Source of the DNA: Pseudomonadota bacterium | GTDB taxonomy: Bacteria; Bdellovibrionota_B; Oligoflexia; Oligoflexales; CAIYRB01 | Direction: 5' to 3' | Assembly (NCBI GenBank): GCA_031416315.1 | Contig: JANOTL010000055.1 | Coordinates: forward strand, 1 to 28,540 | DNA: 28,540 nt | In this document: one piece after another, positions 1-8,291 of the stretch | Position numbering within the stretch: the stretch's first letter is position 1 | How the letters are laid out: every line of letters starts with the position of its first letter | The notes under the pieces: model-generated | Databases searched by the model: none | Told to the model about the DNA's origin: nothing | The model's input: only the letters and a program-made list of their open reading frames with translations | Translations under genes and position numbers: made by a program

Positions 1-644
1 GTCGGGGGGGCTTCCTTGCTGGACGGAACAGCGGCTTTGATCGAGTGCGGCGCGGAGGCCCCCGCGGCGGGCTTTGTCGCATTCTTCCCGGCCTCGAGAC
101 GGAGGACGTCGGCGTCGTAGCAAGCGATCACTTCATCGAGCGAAGGGAACTCTTTGCCGCATTTGCGGCAGACGAGCTTGCGGCCGTCGCGGAGAAATTT
201 GTGCATCTGGTCGCGGCGGACCGCGGTCTTGGGCTTGGGGTCCGAATGCGGCGTGCGCGCGATCGGTCGCGAGGGCTCGGCACCGGTGGCGACCGGGGCG
301 CGGACGCCAAAGACTTCGCGTTCTTCCTCCACGGCTTGCATGGTTTTGGCGCGACAAGCGTTGGAGCAGGCCTGCGCTTCGGTGCGCACCTCGTAGACTC
401 GCCGGCAGATCCCGCACCGGAAGCGTTTGGCCTCGCCGGCCGTCGGGGCGTCAGCGGCGGCCCCGGCGTTGGAGGCGAGCCACTTGTCGAGGCAGCTCGC
501 TAGACAGGCTTCGGCTTGAGCCTCGCGGGCGTGATCTTTTCTACAGACGCCGCAGGTGAATAGGGTCCCACGGCGCAGGACGCGCTTGATGGGGACGCCG
601 GGCCCAGCTTTCACCGGACGGTTTGCGGGTGGCCGAAGAGGCAT
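1..644 (-). CDS. Hypothetical protein with three tandem zinc-finger-like motifs (partial, runs off the left edge)
   Basis: Translated by hand; not in the ORF track because no stop lies in the window. ATG at 644-642, open for 214 codons: MPLRPPANRPVKAG...FTCGVCRKDHAREAQAEACLASC...FRCGICRRVYEVRTEAQACSNAC...LVCRKCGKEFPSLDEVIACYDAD... Confidence 0.85.
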   Translation of the reverse strand, partial: MPLRPPANRPVKAGPGVPIKRVLRRGTLFTCGVCRKDHAREAQAEACLASCLDKWLASNAGAAADAPTAGEAKRFRCGICRRVYEVRTEAQACSNACRAKTMQAVEEEREVFGVRAPVATGAEPSRPIARTPHSDPKPKTAVRRDQMHKFLRDGRKLVCRKCGKEFPSLDEVIACYDADVLRLEAGKNATKPAAGASAPHSIKAAVPSSKEAPP

Positions 645-650
645 GCGCCC

Positions 651-677
651 CTTTCGGCGAAATCAGGACCGACATGA
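651..677 (-). promoter_or_regulatory. Putative sigma-28 (FliA)-type promoter of the zinc-finger gene
   Basis: Minus strand TCAT-N15-GCCGAAAG versus consensus TAAA-N15-GCCGATAA; ATG follows 6 nt later. Confidence 0.4.
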
Positions 678-712
678 GACGATCTGACAGAATTTCAAGT
701 AATATTATATAG

Positions 713-2098
713 TTACCTGAACTGATCCTGGTCGAAGCCGTAGCGGTTCATCAGGCGGTAAATGTCGGCACGATAGCGGCCGGAGATGCGGGCGGCCTCG
801 CTGATGTTGCCGCCGCTGACCTTGAGGAGGTTCTCCAGGTACGCCTTCTCGAAATGTTGCTTCGCTTCGGTGAGGGGCAATGAGAAGACCTGCGAGTCGA
901 CGCCGGCGGCGGAGCTGCCTTGCATCGGACGCGTCTGGAGATGCTGGAACATGTGCTCGAGCTTGAGTTGGTCGTCGGTCGCGAGAACGACGGCGCGCTC
1001 GATCGCGTTCTGAAGCTCGCGGACGTTGCCCGGCCAATCGTAGGCCATGATGCGTGACATGACGAGGTTGGTCGGGTAGCGGACGTCGCGGCTGAAACGC
1101 TTGTTGAATTGCTCGAGGAAGCAGCGCACGAGGAGCGGGATGTCCTCGGAGCGGTGGCGAAGCGGCGGCAGGTGCAGCACGACGACCGAGAGACGGTAGT
1201 AGAGGTCTTCGCGGAAGCGCTTGCTCTTGGCTTCGTCGAGGATGTCGCGGTGGGTCGCGGCGATGACGCGCGTGTTGATCGGGATCGAGGTGCCCGCGCC
1301 GATCGGCGTGATGTGCCTTTCCTGGAGGACGCGGAGCAGCTTGGTTTGCAGAGAGATCGGCATGTCGCCGATCTCGTCGAGGAGGAGGGTGCCTTGCGAG
1401 CAGATCTCAAAGATGCCCTTGCGGTCGGCTTTGGCGTCGGTGAACGAGCCCTTTTTGTGGCCGAAAAGCTCGCTTTCGAGCAGGTTCTCCGGGATGGCCC
1501 CGCAGTTGATCGCTTCGAAGCGTTGTGTGGCGCGGGGCGAGGTGTTGTGGATGGCCCGCGCGACGACTTCCTTGCCGGTCCCGGATTCGCCGAGGATCAG
1601 CACCGTCGAGTCGACGTTGCGAATCTTTTCGATGGTCGCGATCAGCTCCTTGATGGCGAGGCTCTCGCCCGTGAGACCCAAGGACGACAGACCGGCGAGG
1701 TCGCCGGCGGTCGACGCGGGCTTCTCCGGCGTCAGGTGCTTGAGGATCTCGCCGACGATCTTGTCCGGCGCGAGGTCTTTGGTCAGAAAGCCAGTAGCGC
1801 CGCGCTGCATCGCGTCGACGGCGCGCTCGATGGAGGCGTTCGACGTCAGGACGAACACCTTGGCGAAGGGCGCTTGCTTCAACAGGAAGGGCAGCCCGTC
1901 CATGCCGTAGTCCTCGCCCAGGTTCAGGTCGAGCACGACTGCGGTGAACGAGAACTGACTGACGAGGTCCCGCATTTGGCGCAAGTCGTTCGCCGTGCTG
2001 ACGACGAACCCGGCGTGGGCCAAGGTGGCTTCGTACAGGCGACCGATGATCGGATCGTCGTCGACGATCAGGATGCGTCCGAAATAGCGCGAGCTCAT
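713..2098 (-). CDS. Sigma-54-dependent response regulator, NtrC family (REC-AAA+-HTH)
   Basis: Receiver ILIVDDD...VVLDLNL; Walker A GESGTGKE; ESELFGH; GSFTDA loop; Walker B LLLDEIGD; FREDLYYRL; WPGNVREL; C-terminal GNISEAAR HTH. Start set at ATG 2098 because AAGGAG lies upstream (ORF track start 2155). Confidence 0.95.
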   Translation of the reverse strand: MSSRYFGRILIVDDDPIIGRLYEATLAHAGFVVSTANDLRQMRDLVSQFSFTAVVLDLNLGEDYGMDGLPFLLKQAPFAKVFVLTSNASIERAVDAMQRGATGFLTKDLAPDKIVGEILKHLTPEKPASTAGDLAGLSSLGLTGESLAIKELIATIEKIRNVDSTVLILGESGTGKEVVARAIHNTSPRATQRFEAINCGAIPENLLESELFGHKKGSFTDAKADRKGIFEICSQGTLLLDEIGDMPISLQTKLLRVLQERHITPIGAGTSIPINTRVIAATHRDILDEAKSKRFREDLYYRLSVVVLHLPPLRHRSEDIPLLVRCFLEQFNKRFSRDVRYPTNLVMSRIMAYDWPGNVRELQNAIERAVVLATDDQLKLEHMFQHLQTRPMQGSSAAGVDSQVFSLPLTEAKQHFEKAYLENLLKVSGGNISEAARISGRYRADIYRLMNRYGFDQDQFR

Positions 2099-2265
2099 GC
2101 GGGGGGAACTCCTTGGGGGAGAATGCTTTGCGGCGTGTGTCGCGATTCCATGCAAAATAGTAGTTGGTTTTCAGTCCCACAAGGGAAGAATGGCGGCCGA
2201 GGAAAGGTGCCTGTATGGAATTTCATACAGTTAACCGCCATACGTGTCTCGAGGAGGATGCAGGG

Positions 2266-3108
2266 ATGTTTCGGTCGTTCGTCGTCGGCCCGGTCGGTTC
2301 TGTGATTGCTTTCGTGCCCTTACTCGTCATCAACCTGCTCCAGACCCTGAGCGTTCCGGTGGCTTTGGTTTCCAGGCCCTTGTTTAGACGCTTGAATACG
2401 GGATTCGCGGGTTGGATTTGGACCTACTGGACGCATCTCCTCGGCGGCTTGATCGGCTGCGACGTACGGTTCACGGGCGACGCGATGAAGACCCACGAGA
2501 ACGCGATCGTCATCGCCAACCACCAGAGCATGGCCGACATTGTCGTCCTGATCTTCGCGGCGAAGCGCGTCGACATGGTCGGGCACATGAAGTGGCTGGT
2601 GAAGGACGTCGTCAAGTACGTGCCTGGAGTCGGCTGGGGGATGCTCTTTCTGGACTGCATCTTTCTGAAGCGGAACTGGGCGAAGGACGAGAAGTCCGTG
2701 CGCGAGACGTTCGGACGGGTCGTCAAGAACAAGCTGCCCGTGTGGCTCGTGTCGTTCCCGGAAGGAACGCGCGCGACGGCGCCGAAGCTAGAGCGAAGCC
2801 GTCGCTACGCGCTGAACAAAGGTCTCGTGCCGACTGAGCACGTGATGATCCCACGCACCAAAGGATTCACGGCGTCGTTCGCGGGCATGCGTGAGCACGT
2901 GACGGCTGTGTACAGCTTCACGATCCGATATCACGATCCGAAGCATGAGGTCTGGGATCTGCTTTGCGGGCGGGTGAAGAGGGTGTCGGTGCATGTGAAG
3001 AGGTTGGGGGTGGAGACGTTTCCGACGGATGAGGCGGGTCTCGCGGCTTGGCTTGGGGAAGAGTTTCGGGAAAAGGATCGGACGTTCAAGAGCCTCGATT
3101 GGTCCTGA
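2266..3108 (+). CDS. Lysophospholipid (1-acyl-sn-glycerol-3-phosphate) acyltransferase family protein
   Basis: NHQSMAD (HX4D), FLKR, FPEGTR and PRTKGF motifs; GAGGAGG at 2251-2257 supports ATG 2266. Confidence 0.9.
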   Translation: MFRSFVVGPVGSVIAFVPLLVINLLQTLSVPVALVSRPLFRRLNTGFAGWIWTYWTHLLGGLIGCDVRFTGDAMKTHENAIVIANHQSMADIVVLIFAAKRVDMVGHMKWLVKDVVKYVPGVGWGMLFLDCIFLKRNWAKDEKSVRETFGRVVKNKLPVWLVSFPEGTRATAPKLERSRRYALNKGLVPTEHVMIPRTKGFTASFAGMREHVTAVYSFTIRYHDPKHEVWDLLCGRVKRVSVHVKRLGVETFPTDEAGLAAWLGEEFREKDRTFKSLDWS

Positions 3109-3112
3109 TCCG

Positions 3113-3138
3113 GTCAAAGCCGGCCGGCCGGCTTTGAC
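3113..3138. terminator. Perfect 26-bp palindrome between convergent genes, probable bidirectional terminator
   Basis: GTCAAAGCCGGCCGGCCGGCTTTGAC is its own reverse complement; 4 nt after the stop at 3108; no long U-tract. Confidence 0.6.
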
Positions 3139-3165
3139 GCTGAACCTCCGAGACGCCGAGCTGCT

Positions 3166-3951
3166 TTATGGGCAGCTCGGAACGAGCTCGGTCTCATACT
3201 CCGTCGTCGCCGGATTCGGCACGATCGCATCGAACCGTGCCTGGATCGCCGGCAGCCGCGTCGACGGCACGAAGTCGTCCAATTGGATGCAGCTGTGCTC
3301 GCCTCCCTCGACCCCGTGGCCGTTCACGATGTATTTGCCGAGTGTGAAGTCGGCGACCAAGGCGGCGATGAGGGCGCGCATTTGCCGGTACGCTTCGGCG
3401 TCCACGGCCGCGCCGTTGCCGGTCATTTTCAGGATCAGCGCGCGCGCTTCGACGGAGGTGGGCAGGGCGAAGGTGCAGGAAACGGCGTGGGCGGCAGGCT
3501 CCGTGCGATCGGGCGTAGCGACGTCGAGGGCGGCGCTGAGCCAGCGGCCGGGGGCCGTGGGGGGCGTCTGCTCGGCGCCGAGGTCGGCGTACAGAGTCAT
3601 GGGCTCGCTATATAGACGGAGCTGGTAACGCGGCCCCATTTGGACGATGGCGTAGCTCATGGAGACCGGCTCGCCGATCGGCATCGGGCCGCGGATGGTG
3701 ATCTCCGAGAGACGGCCTGTGGCCTTGCCGTCGGCCTCGAGATCCGCCTCGAAGCCGTACCCGGCGTCGGCGATGCCGTTTTCCCGGCAGGAGAGATGGC
3801 CCAGCGCGCCAAGGATGCCGCCGCTTGAGGTCGTGCCTTGCTCCTTGCTCGGCGCCTGCGGCTTGGGAAAGAGGGTCTGGGGATTGGGAAGATTGCCGCA
3901 GGCGGCGGTGACGAAGGCGAGGGCGAGGGCGATGGTGACGAGACGTTGCAT
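3166..3951 (-). CDS. Hypothetical lipoprotein
   Basis: MQRLVTIALALAFVTAAC signal with lipobox; AAGGAG RBS upstream; 261-aa ORF with no family recognised. Confidence 0.8.
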   Translation of the reverse strand: MQRLVTIALALAFVTAACGNLPNPQTLFPKPQAPSKEQGTTSSGGILGALGHLSCRENGIADAGYGFEADLEADGKATGRLSEITIRGPMPIGEPVSMSYAIVQMGPRYQLRLYSEPMTLYADLGAEQTPPTAPGRWLSAALDVATPDRTEPAAHAVSCTFALPTSVEARALILKMTGNGAAVDAEAYRQMRALIAALVADFTLGKYIVNGHGVEGGEHSCIQLDDFVPSTRLPAIQARFDAIVPNPATTEYETELVPSCP

Positions 3952-3980
3952 GGCGTGCGCTCCTTGAAAGTTCTCTTCGA

Positions 3981-3996
3981 GGCTAGCGTCGAGCCA
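3981..3996 (-). promoter_or_regulatory. Putative sigma-54 -24/-12 promoter of the 3951 lipoprotein gene
   Basis: Minus strand TGGCTC-GACGC-TAGCC with correct GG-N10-GC spacing, about 30 nt before the ATG; overlaps inverted repeat GAGCCA-N4-TGGCTC (3991-4006). Confidence 0.55.
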
Positions 3997-4015
3997 CGTT
4001 TGGCTCTAGATGTTA

Positions 4016-4056
4016 GATATGAACTTATGAACGTTTGGATATGTTTTTATGAACGT
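4016..4056. repeat. Direct repeat GATATG-N3-TTATGAACGT x2 with 22-bp period
   Basis: Copies at 4016-4034 and 4038-4056, 16 of 19 positions identical; the second copy contains the ATG at 4049. Confidence 0.8.
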
Positions 4057-4849
4057 CTTCGACGCCGACGACTACAAAGATTTTCTCCGGGCCGCGATTG
4101 CCGGGCAAAAAGGCACGCGCGGCTATCAAGCGCGGCTCGCGGAGGCGGCCGGCTGCCAGAAGACGTATCTGTCGCAAGTGCTGCACACCGAGGTGCAGCT
4201 GACGCCCGATCATGCGGCCGGACTCTGCGCGTTCTGGGGCTTCGACGCGGACGAGACGGCGTACTTCCTCGACCTCGTAGGAGTGGCGCGCGCCGGGACG
4301 AAGGCATTGCGCGACGTTCTTTCCGCGCGGCTCGCGCGGACGCGGGCGGCGTCAGAGAATCTCGCGCGGCGCTTCAAGAAGCCGGCGCTGGTGAGCGAAA
4401 GCGATCAGCTCCGCTACTATTCGGCCTGGTATTGGAGCGCGATCCACGTCTTGTGCGGGATCCCGGCCGGGTGGACGGAGAAGTCGATCGCGGCACGACT
4501 GAAGCTCCCGGTCGATCTGGTGCAGGAGGTTCTCGCGGCGATGACTGAGATGCGGCTCGTCGCGAAGCTCCGGACGGGGTGGACGGCGACGCAGCGGGAC
4601 CTGCACTTGCCGGGGGACTCGGCCCTGACGACGATCAACCATTTCAACTGGCGGCAGCGCGCGATGGCGCGCTTGCAAGAGCGGGAAGCGGGCGGCCTGC
4701 ATTATACCGCGGTGCACTCGGTGAGTCGGGCGGACGCGAAGAAGATGCGCGAGGTGATCCGAGCCTGCGTCGCGGAGACGCGCGCAATCGTGGGGCCTTC
4801 CCAGGAAGAAGAGATGGTGGCGTTCACGTGCGATTTTTTCGTGGTGTGA
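4049..4849 (+). CDS. TIGR02147-family protein (N-terminal HTH, DUF4423-like C-terminus), probable transcriptional regulator
   Basis: DYKDFL start, LAEAAGCQKTYLSQVL HTH, YFLDLV, YYSAWYWSAIH, IAARL, HFNWRQRAM and terminal FTCDFF fit my recollection of this family. Confidence 0.8.
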   Translation: MNVFDADDYKDFLRAAIAGQKGTRGYQARLAEAAGCQKTYLSQVLHTEVQLTPDHAAGLCAFWGFDADETAYFLDLVGVARAGTKALRDVLSARLARTRAASENLARRFKKPALVSESDQLRYYSAWYWSAIHVLCGIPAGWTEKSIAARLKLPVDLVQEVLAAMTEMRLVAKLRTGWTATQRDLHLPGDSALTTINHFNWRQRAMARLQEREAGGLHYTAVHSVSRADAKKMREVIRACVAETRAIVGPSQEEEMVAFTCDFFVV

Positions 4850-4974
4850 AAAGCCGCGACCAAGCGACCCATGGTGCGAGAATGCTGCATCGAGCGAGCC
4901 TAAAGCCTCGGTAGAGCGTCGCCAAGCTTGGAATGAAAAATGCTTACGTGAAGGCGAAGCATTGGGAGGCACTC

Positions 4975-5424
4975 ATGGAAATCGTTCTTGCGGCAGCCGT
5001 AGCCTGGCTCGTCGGCGACCTCGCGATGGAAGGCTTGCTCTGGGTCGGACGGCGGACGCACATCATGCGGACCGACGCGGTGCGGAGCCTCGGGTCGCTT
5101 TACCGGCATTCGTTTCGGAATGCGATGGTGCCGGGCCTGGTGATCCATTTGCTCATCGGAGCCGCCTTGACCGGCGTGCTGGCGGTCGTGGTCGCGGGCC
5201 TGCCGGTCCCGACGCTCTGGAACCACATCGGCCTCGGCAGCTTCTTTGGCGTCGTCGTCGGCGTGGCCGTCTGCTTGGCGCTCTCCGAGCTGCTGCCGTC
5301 GGAGCCGTTTTTCCGACAGTTTCCGGCACGGGCGTTGGAAGTCGCGGTGTCCACCGTGCCCGGCTACCTGATGTATGGAACGATCGCCGGGGTGGTCTTT
5401 TTCTACGTCGCCCAGTACGCTTAG
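4975..5424 (+). CDS. Hypothetical membrane protein (about 4 TM)
   Basis: Four hydrophobic stretches; GGAGG at 4965-4969 supports ATG 4975 rather than 4933. Confidence 0.75.
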   Translation: MEIVLAAAVAWLVGDLAMEGLLWVGRRTHIMRTDAVRSLGSLYRHSFRNAMVPGLVIHLLIGAALTGVLAVVVAGLPVPTLWNHIGLGSFFGVVVGVAVCLALSELLPSEPFFRQFPARALEVAVSTVPGYLMYGTIAGVVFFYVAQYA

Positions 5425-5458
5425 GGGAAATTCCCAAGCGTTTTAGGGTGGGGCAGAC

Positions 5459-7564
5459 ATGAGAGCGCATCTTCTGTTGGCGGTCGGCGTCGTATCGTTG
5501 GTCGGATTGGGAGCGTGCAAGCCGCGCCGAGATCAATCGGGCCTCCAAAGCCTGCCTGCTGAAGATGAAAGCCTGCCCGCCGGGGTCGAGCCGCCGAAGG
5601 CCGAGGACTTAAGCGACTACGCTTGTCCGACCGGCGCGGGCGACGTGAAGGTGGCTTTCTTCGACGCCGACTCGACCCTGCGCGTGTCGAAGTCAGGCGC
5701 TGTGTCGGCGAACTCGGCGGACGACGTGAACGTCCTGCCCTTCGTCGGGAAGAAGATCGGCGAGCTGCGGCGCGACGGCTTTTTGACGGCGATCGTGTCG
5801 AACCAGCTCGGCGTCAGCAAAGGCATCGTCAAGCGTGAGGACGCGGAGGCGGCGTTGCGCCTAGCGGCGCGTCACGTCTCGGCGCTCGGCGGCGGCTTCG
5901 ACTACATCGGATTGGCGACCGCCGAGGACGAGAAGCGCAAGCCCGGCGTCGGCATGGCGACCCTGCTCGAAAGTTTGCTCCGCGAGAAGTGCAAGAAGGG
6001 CATCGACAAGTCGAAGAGCCTCATGGTCGGCGACTCCGGCTATAAGCTCGGGGTCGACGGGCCGCATCCGGACGGGCGCCTCGCCGACGACTTCAGCAGC
6101 GCGGACCGGGGCTTCGCGGAGGCTTACGGCATTCCGTTCCACGAGCCGACCGACTACTTCGGCTGGAAGGCGTTCTCCGTCTTCAACATCGAGAACGAGG
6201 GCGAGCTGCGCGACTTTCTGCGTGAGATCGCCTTCTCCGGCACCGACGAGCAGAAGCAGGACGGGCTAAACGTCGCGAAGCTCAATCGTTTCGAGGGCGA
6301 GCTGACGTTTCGCTTCGCGCATTACAACATCAAGGAGCTGACGACCGGCAAGATCGTCGACCAGCAGAACGAGCAAATCAAGAACGCGACCGAGATCGTC
6401 CGGGGGCTCGAGCCCGACATCCTGTCGATCAACGAGGTCCAATACGATTTGCCCGACACGCCGACCACCGGGCTGCCGGGGACCGGCGAGAACATGAAGC
6501 GCCTCCTGCAGCGCATCGCGCCGGCGAACGTGGCACAGTGGGAATCCAATCTGGCGCCAGCGAACACGGGTAAGCGGGCGAAGAAGAATGCGCAGGGGCA
6601 ATACGCGGTCGACCCGAACGGGCCGGGAGCCGACCAGCTCGTGGACACGGTGAGCTTCGGGACTTTTCCAGGCCAGTATTCGACGGGCTTCGCGACGCGG
6701 TTTCCCGTGAAGAACCGGATCGTGCACACCAATACGACCTGGGCCGACTGGGACACCGGCGTCGATCTCCAGGCCCTGACGCTGCCGAACGGCGCCAAGC
6801 CCCCGGCGGACATGGAGCTCTTCGACAAGAACTTCAACGACGTCGTCATCGACCTCGCCGGCCGCGAGGCGCACATGGTGACCTTCCACACGGTGCCGGC
6901 GTTCGGCTTCGGCGGCTCGGCGGCCCTCAACATCGCGCGGAATCGGTCACAGCTGGAGTTTCTCGAGTGGTACTTGCTCGGGAGCTGTGACCCGGCAGCA
7001 GCGGCAAGCAAGGTGAAGCGCTGCGAGACGGACGTGAAGCCGCTCGAGGGGAATGCGCCCTTCATCGCCGTCGGGGACTTCAACGTCGATTTGACCTCGG
7101 GGAGCGGCGGCGCCGACGTCTTGCGCCGGGTCTTGGCCGACAAACGGGTGAACAACTGGCGGGCGGTCAATCACGACCCGGCGATGCGGATGGATCCCGA
7201 CACGAAGCGCTCGCACATCACGTACGCGAGCGACGGCGTGGACCTCGGGAAGCTGCAGAGCGAGCTCGACTATTTTCTGGTGTCGAAGCATTTCCGGGTC
7301 GACGGCGGGCGCGTCGTCGCGCCGCTGAGCGGTTACCGCCAGATCGCCTGCCATCCGACCAAAGCGATGGCGGATGCGGCGAAATCGGGAGCGACCGCCG
7401 GCGCGGGCAAAGTGCTGCAGGTCTCGACGCGTTATGGCGAGAATAACGTGAAGAGCTTCTGCGCCATCGAGGTCAACGAGGCTTGGGTGTCGGCGCGTAA
7501 GGGTAGCGATCACTTGCCGATTTACGTGGCGTTCCGTTGGGCTCCGGAGCCGAAGAAGAATTAA
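5459..7564 (+). CDS. Lipoprotein: HAD-IIIA polynucleotide 3'-phosphatase-like domain fused to an endonuclease/exonuclease/phosphatase (EEP) domain
   Basis: Lipobox LGAC; HAD motifs FFDADSTL, IVSNQ, RKPGVGM, MVGDS, DFSSADRGFA; EEP motifs HYNI, PDILSINEV, TFH, VGDFN, LDYFLVS, GSDHLPI. Confidence 0.85.
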   Translation: MRAHLLLAVGVVSLVGLGACKPRRDQSGLQSLPAEDESLPAGVEPPKAEDLSDYACPTGAGDVKVAFFDADSTLRVSKSGAVSANSADDVNVLPFVGKKIGELRRDGFLTAIVSNQLGVSKGIVKREDAEAALRLAARHVSALGGGFDYIGLATAEDEKRKPGVGMATLLESLLREKCKKGIDKSKSLMVGDSGYKLGVDGPHPDGRLADDFSSADRGFAEAYGIPFHEPTDYFGWKAFSVFNIENEGELRDFLREIAFSGTDEQKQDGLNVAKLNRFEGELTFRFAHYNIKELTTGKIVDQQNEQIKNATEIVRGLEPDILSINEVQYDLPDTPTTGLPGTGENMKRLLQRIAPANVAQWESNLAPANTGKRAKKNAQGQYAVDPNGPGADQLVDTVSFGTFPGQYSTGFATRFPVKNRIVHTNTTWADWDTGVDLQALTLPNGAKPPADMELFDKNFNDVVIDLAGREAHMVTFHTVPAFGFGGSAALNIARNRSQLEFLEWYLLGSCDPAAAASKVKRCETDVKPLEGNAPFIAVGDFNVDLTSGSGGADVLRRVLADKRVNNWRAVNHDPAMRMDPDTKRSHITYASDGVDLGKLQSELDYFLVSKHFRVDGGRVVAPLSGYRQIACHPTKAMADAAKSGATAGAGKVLQVSTRYGENNVKSFCAIEVNEAWVSARKGSDHLPIYVAFRWAPEPKKN

Positions 7565-7873
7565 GTGGGCGACGCGCTCAAACTCGTCCTACCGCGTCTG
7601 CTGGGCGTGCCGCTGCTCGTCTTCGCCTTTCGCCTGTCCGGGCTCGGGCACGGGTGGCAGCATGCCGATCGCTACGAGTTTACATTTGCGTGCCTGTTGG
7701 CGTTTCTAGGCGTCGGCTTTTGCGCCTGGGGCGTGAATTTCATTCACTATCTGGTCGCGGCATTCGGCAACCAGAAGAACCCCGAAAATCCCGCGCCTTC
7801 GGCCAAGTCCGGGCTCGTCTGGGTCTTGTTCGTCTTTGTCGTGCTGGTGGACTGGGTGCGCGACTGTGGCTGA
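7565..7873 (+). CDS. Small hypothetical membrane protein (about 3 TM)
   Basis: GTG directly abuts the upstream stop; three hydrophobic segments. Confidence 0.65.
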   Translation: MGDALKLVLPRLLGVPLLVFAFRLSGLGHGWQHADRYEFTFACLLAFLGVGFCAWGVNFIHYLVAAFGNQKNPENPAPSAKSGLVWVLFVFVVLVDWVRDCG

Positions 7874-7881
7874 GGTCCTGA

Positions 7882-8193
7882 ATGGGTGACGCGTTCCGCA
7901 TTATGGCGACGCGCAGCTTCGGCGCGATCTGCTTGTGGATCGCGTGGTGGATCGCGGGGCCAACCGTCGCGCCGAAGTCCGAGGTCATAGCGGTGATCGT
8001 CGCGTTAGGCGGCTTGCTGGCGACATCCGTCGGCATCGGCTTCATCCATGACGGGCGGCGCGGAGCGCAGCGGGGGATTCTATGGTTCATCGACCCAGAA
8101 GATGGTGGAGGGACCTTCGGCGAATTTCTCGTGACCGTCGGCGCGCTCGTGGTTTACGGCGGCATGATCTTCATTCAACATAAACCGGGTTAA
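7882..8193 (+). CDS. Small hypothetical membrane protein (about 3 TM), likely related to 7565-7873
   Basis: 8 nt after the previous stop; three hydrophobic segments; shared MGDA start. Confidence 0.65.
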   Translation: MGDAFRIMATRSFGAICLWIAWWIAGPTVAPKSEVIAVIVALGGLLATSVGIGFIHDGRRGAQRGILWFIDPEDGGGTFGEFLVTVGALVVYGGMIFIQHKPG

Positions 8194-8201
8194 AGCGGTA
8201 C

Positions 8202-8288
8202 CGCGATCACGTCGCCGACCGCATTGCCGAAGCCGCTGCTGAACGAGACCCAAAGTCCGCCGCCTTCCTGCTTTTCTTCAGGCTTGGG
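8202..8288 (-). pseudogene. Diverged fragment of the 13082-14902 gene (copy of 13757-13843)
   Basis: Hand alignment: 87 nt, ungapped, 11 mismatches, same orientation. Confidence 0.95.
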
Positions 8289-8291
8289 GCG

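Noticed and set aside
45..559. Plus-strand ORFs 45-503 and 74-559
   Set aside because: Shadows of the minus-strand zinc-finger gene; no motifs
675..680. TGAGAC recurring in intergenic regions (675, 8488, 21620)
   Set aside because: Three hexamer hits in inconsistent orientation relative to downstream genes; not clearly above chance
703..708. Perfect TATAAT on the minus strand upstream of the zinc-finger gene
   Set aside because: No -35 hexamer at 16-18 nt spacing and no extended -10 TG; insufficient for a promoter call
1109..2305. Long antisense ORFs here and at 11092-12792, 24154-26016, 26113-27702
   Set aside because: Antisense shadows of well-supported genes, expected from high-GC codon bias
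4872..4889. Sigma-54 promoter upstream of 4975 (TGGTGCGAGAATGCTGCA)
   Set aside because: GG-to-GC spacing is 9 or 12 nt, not 10
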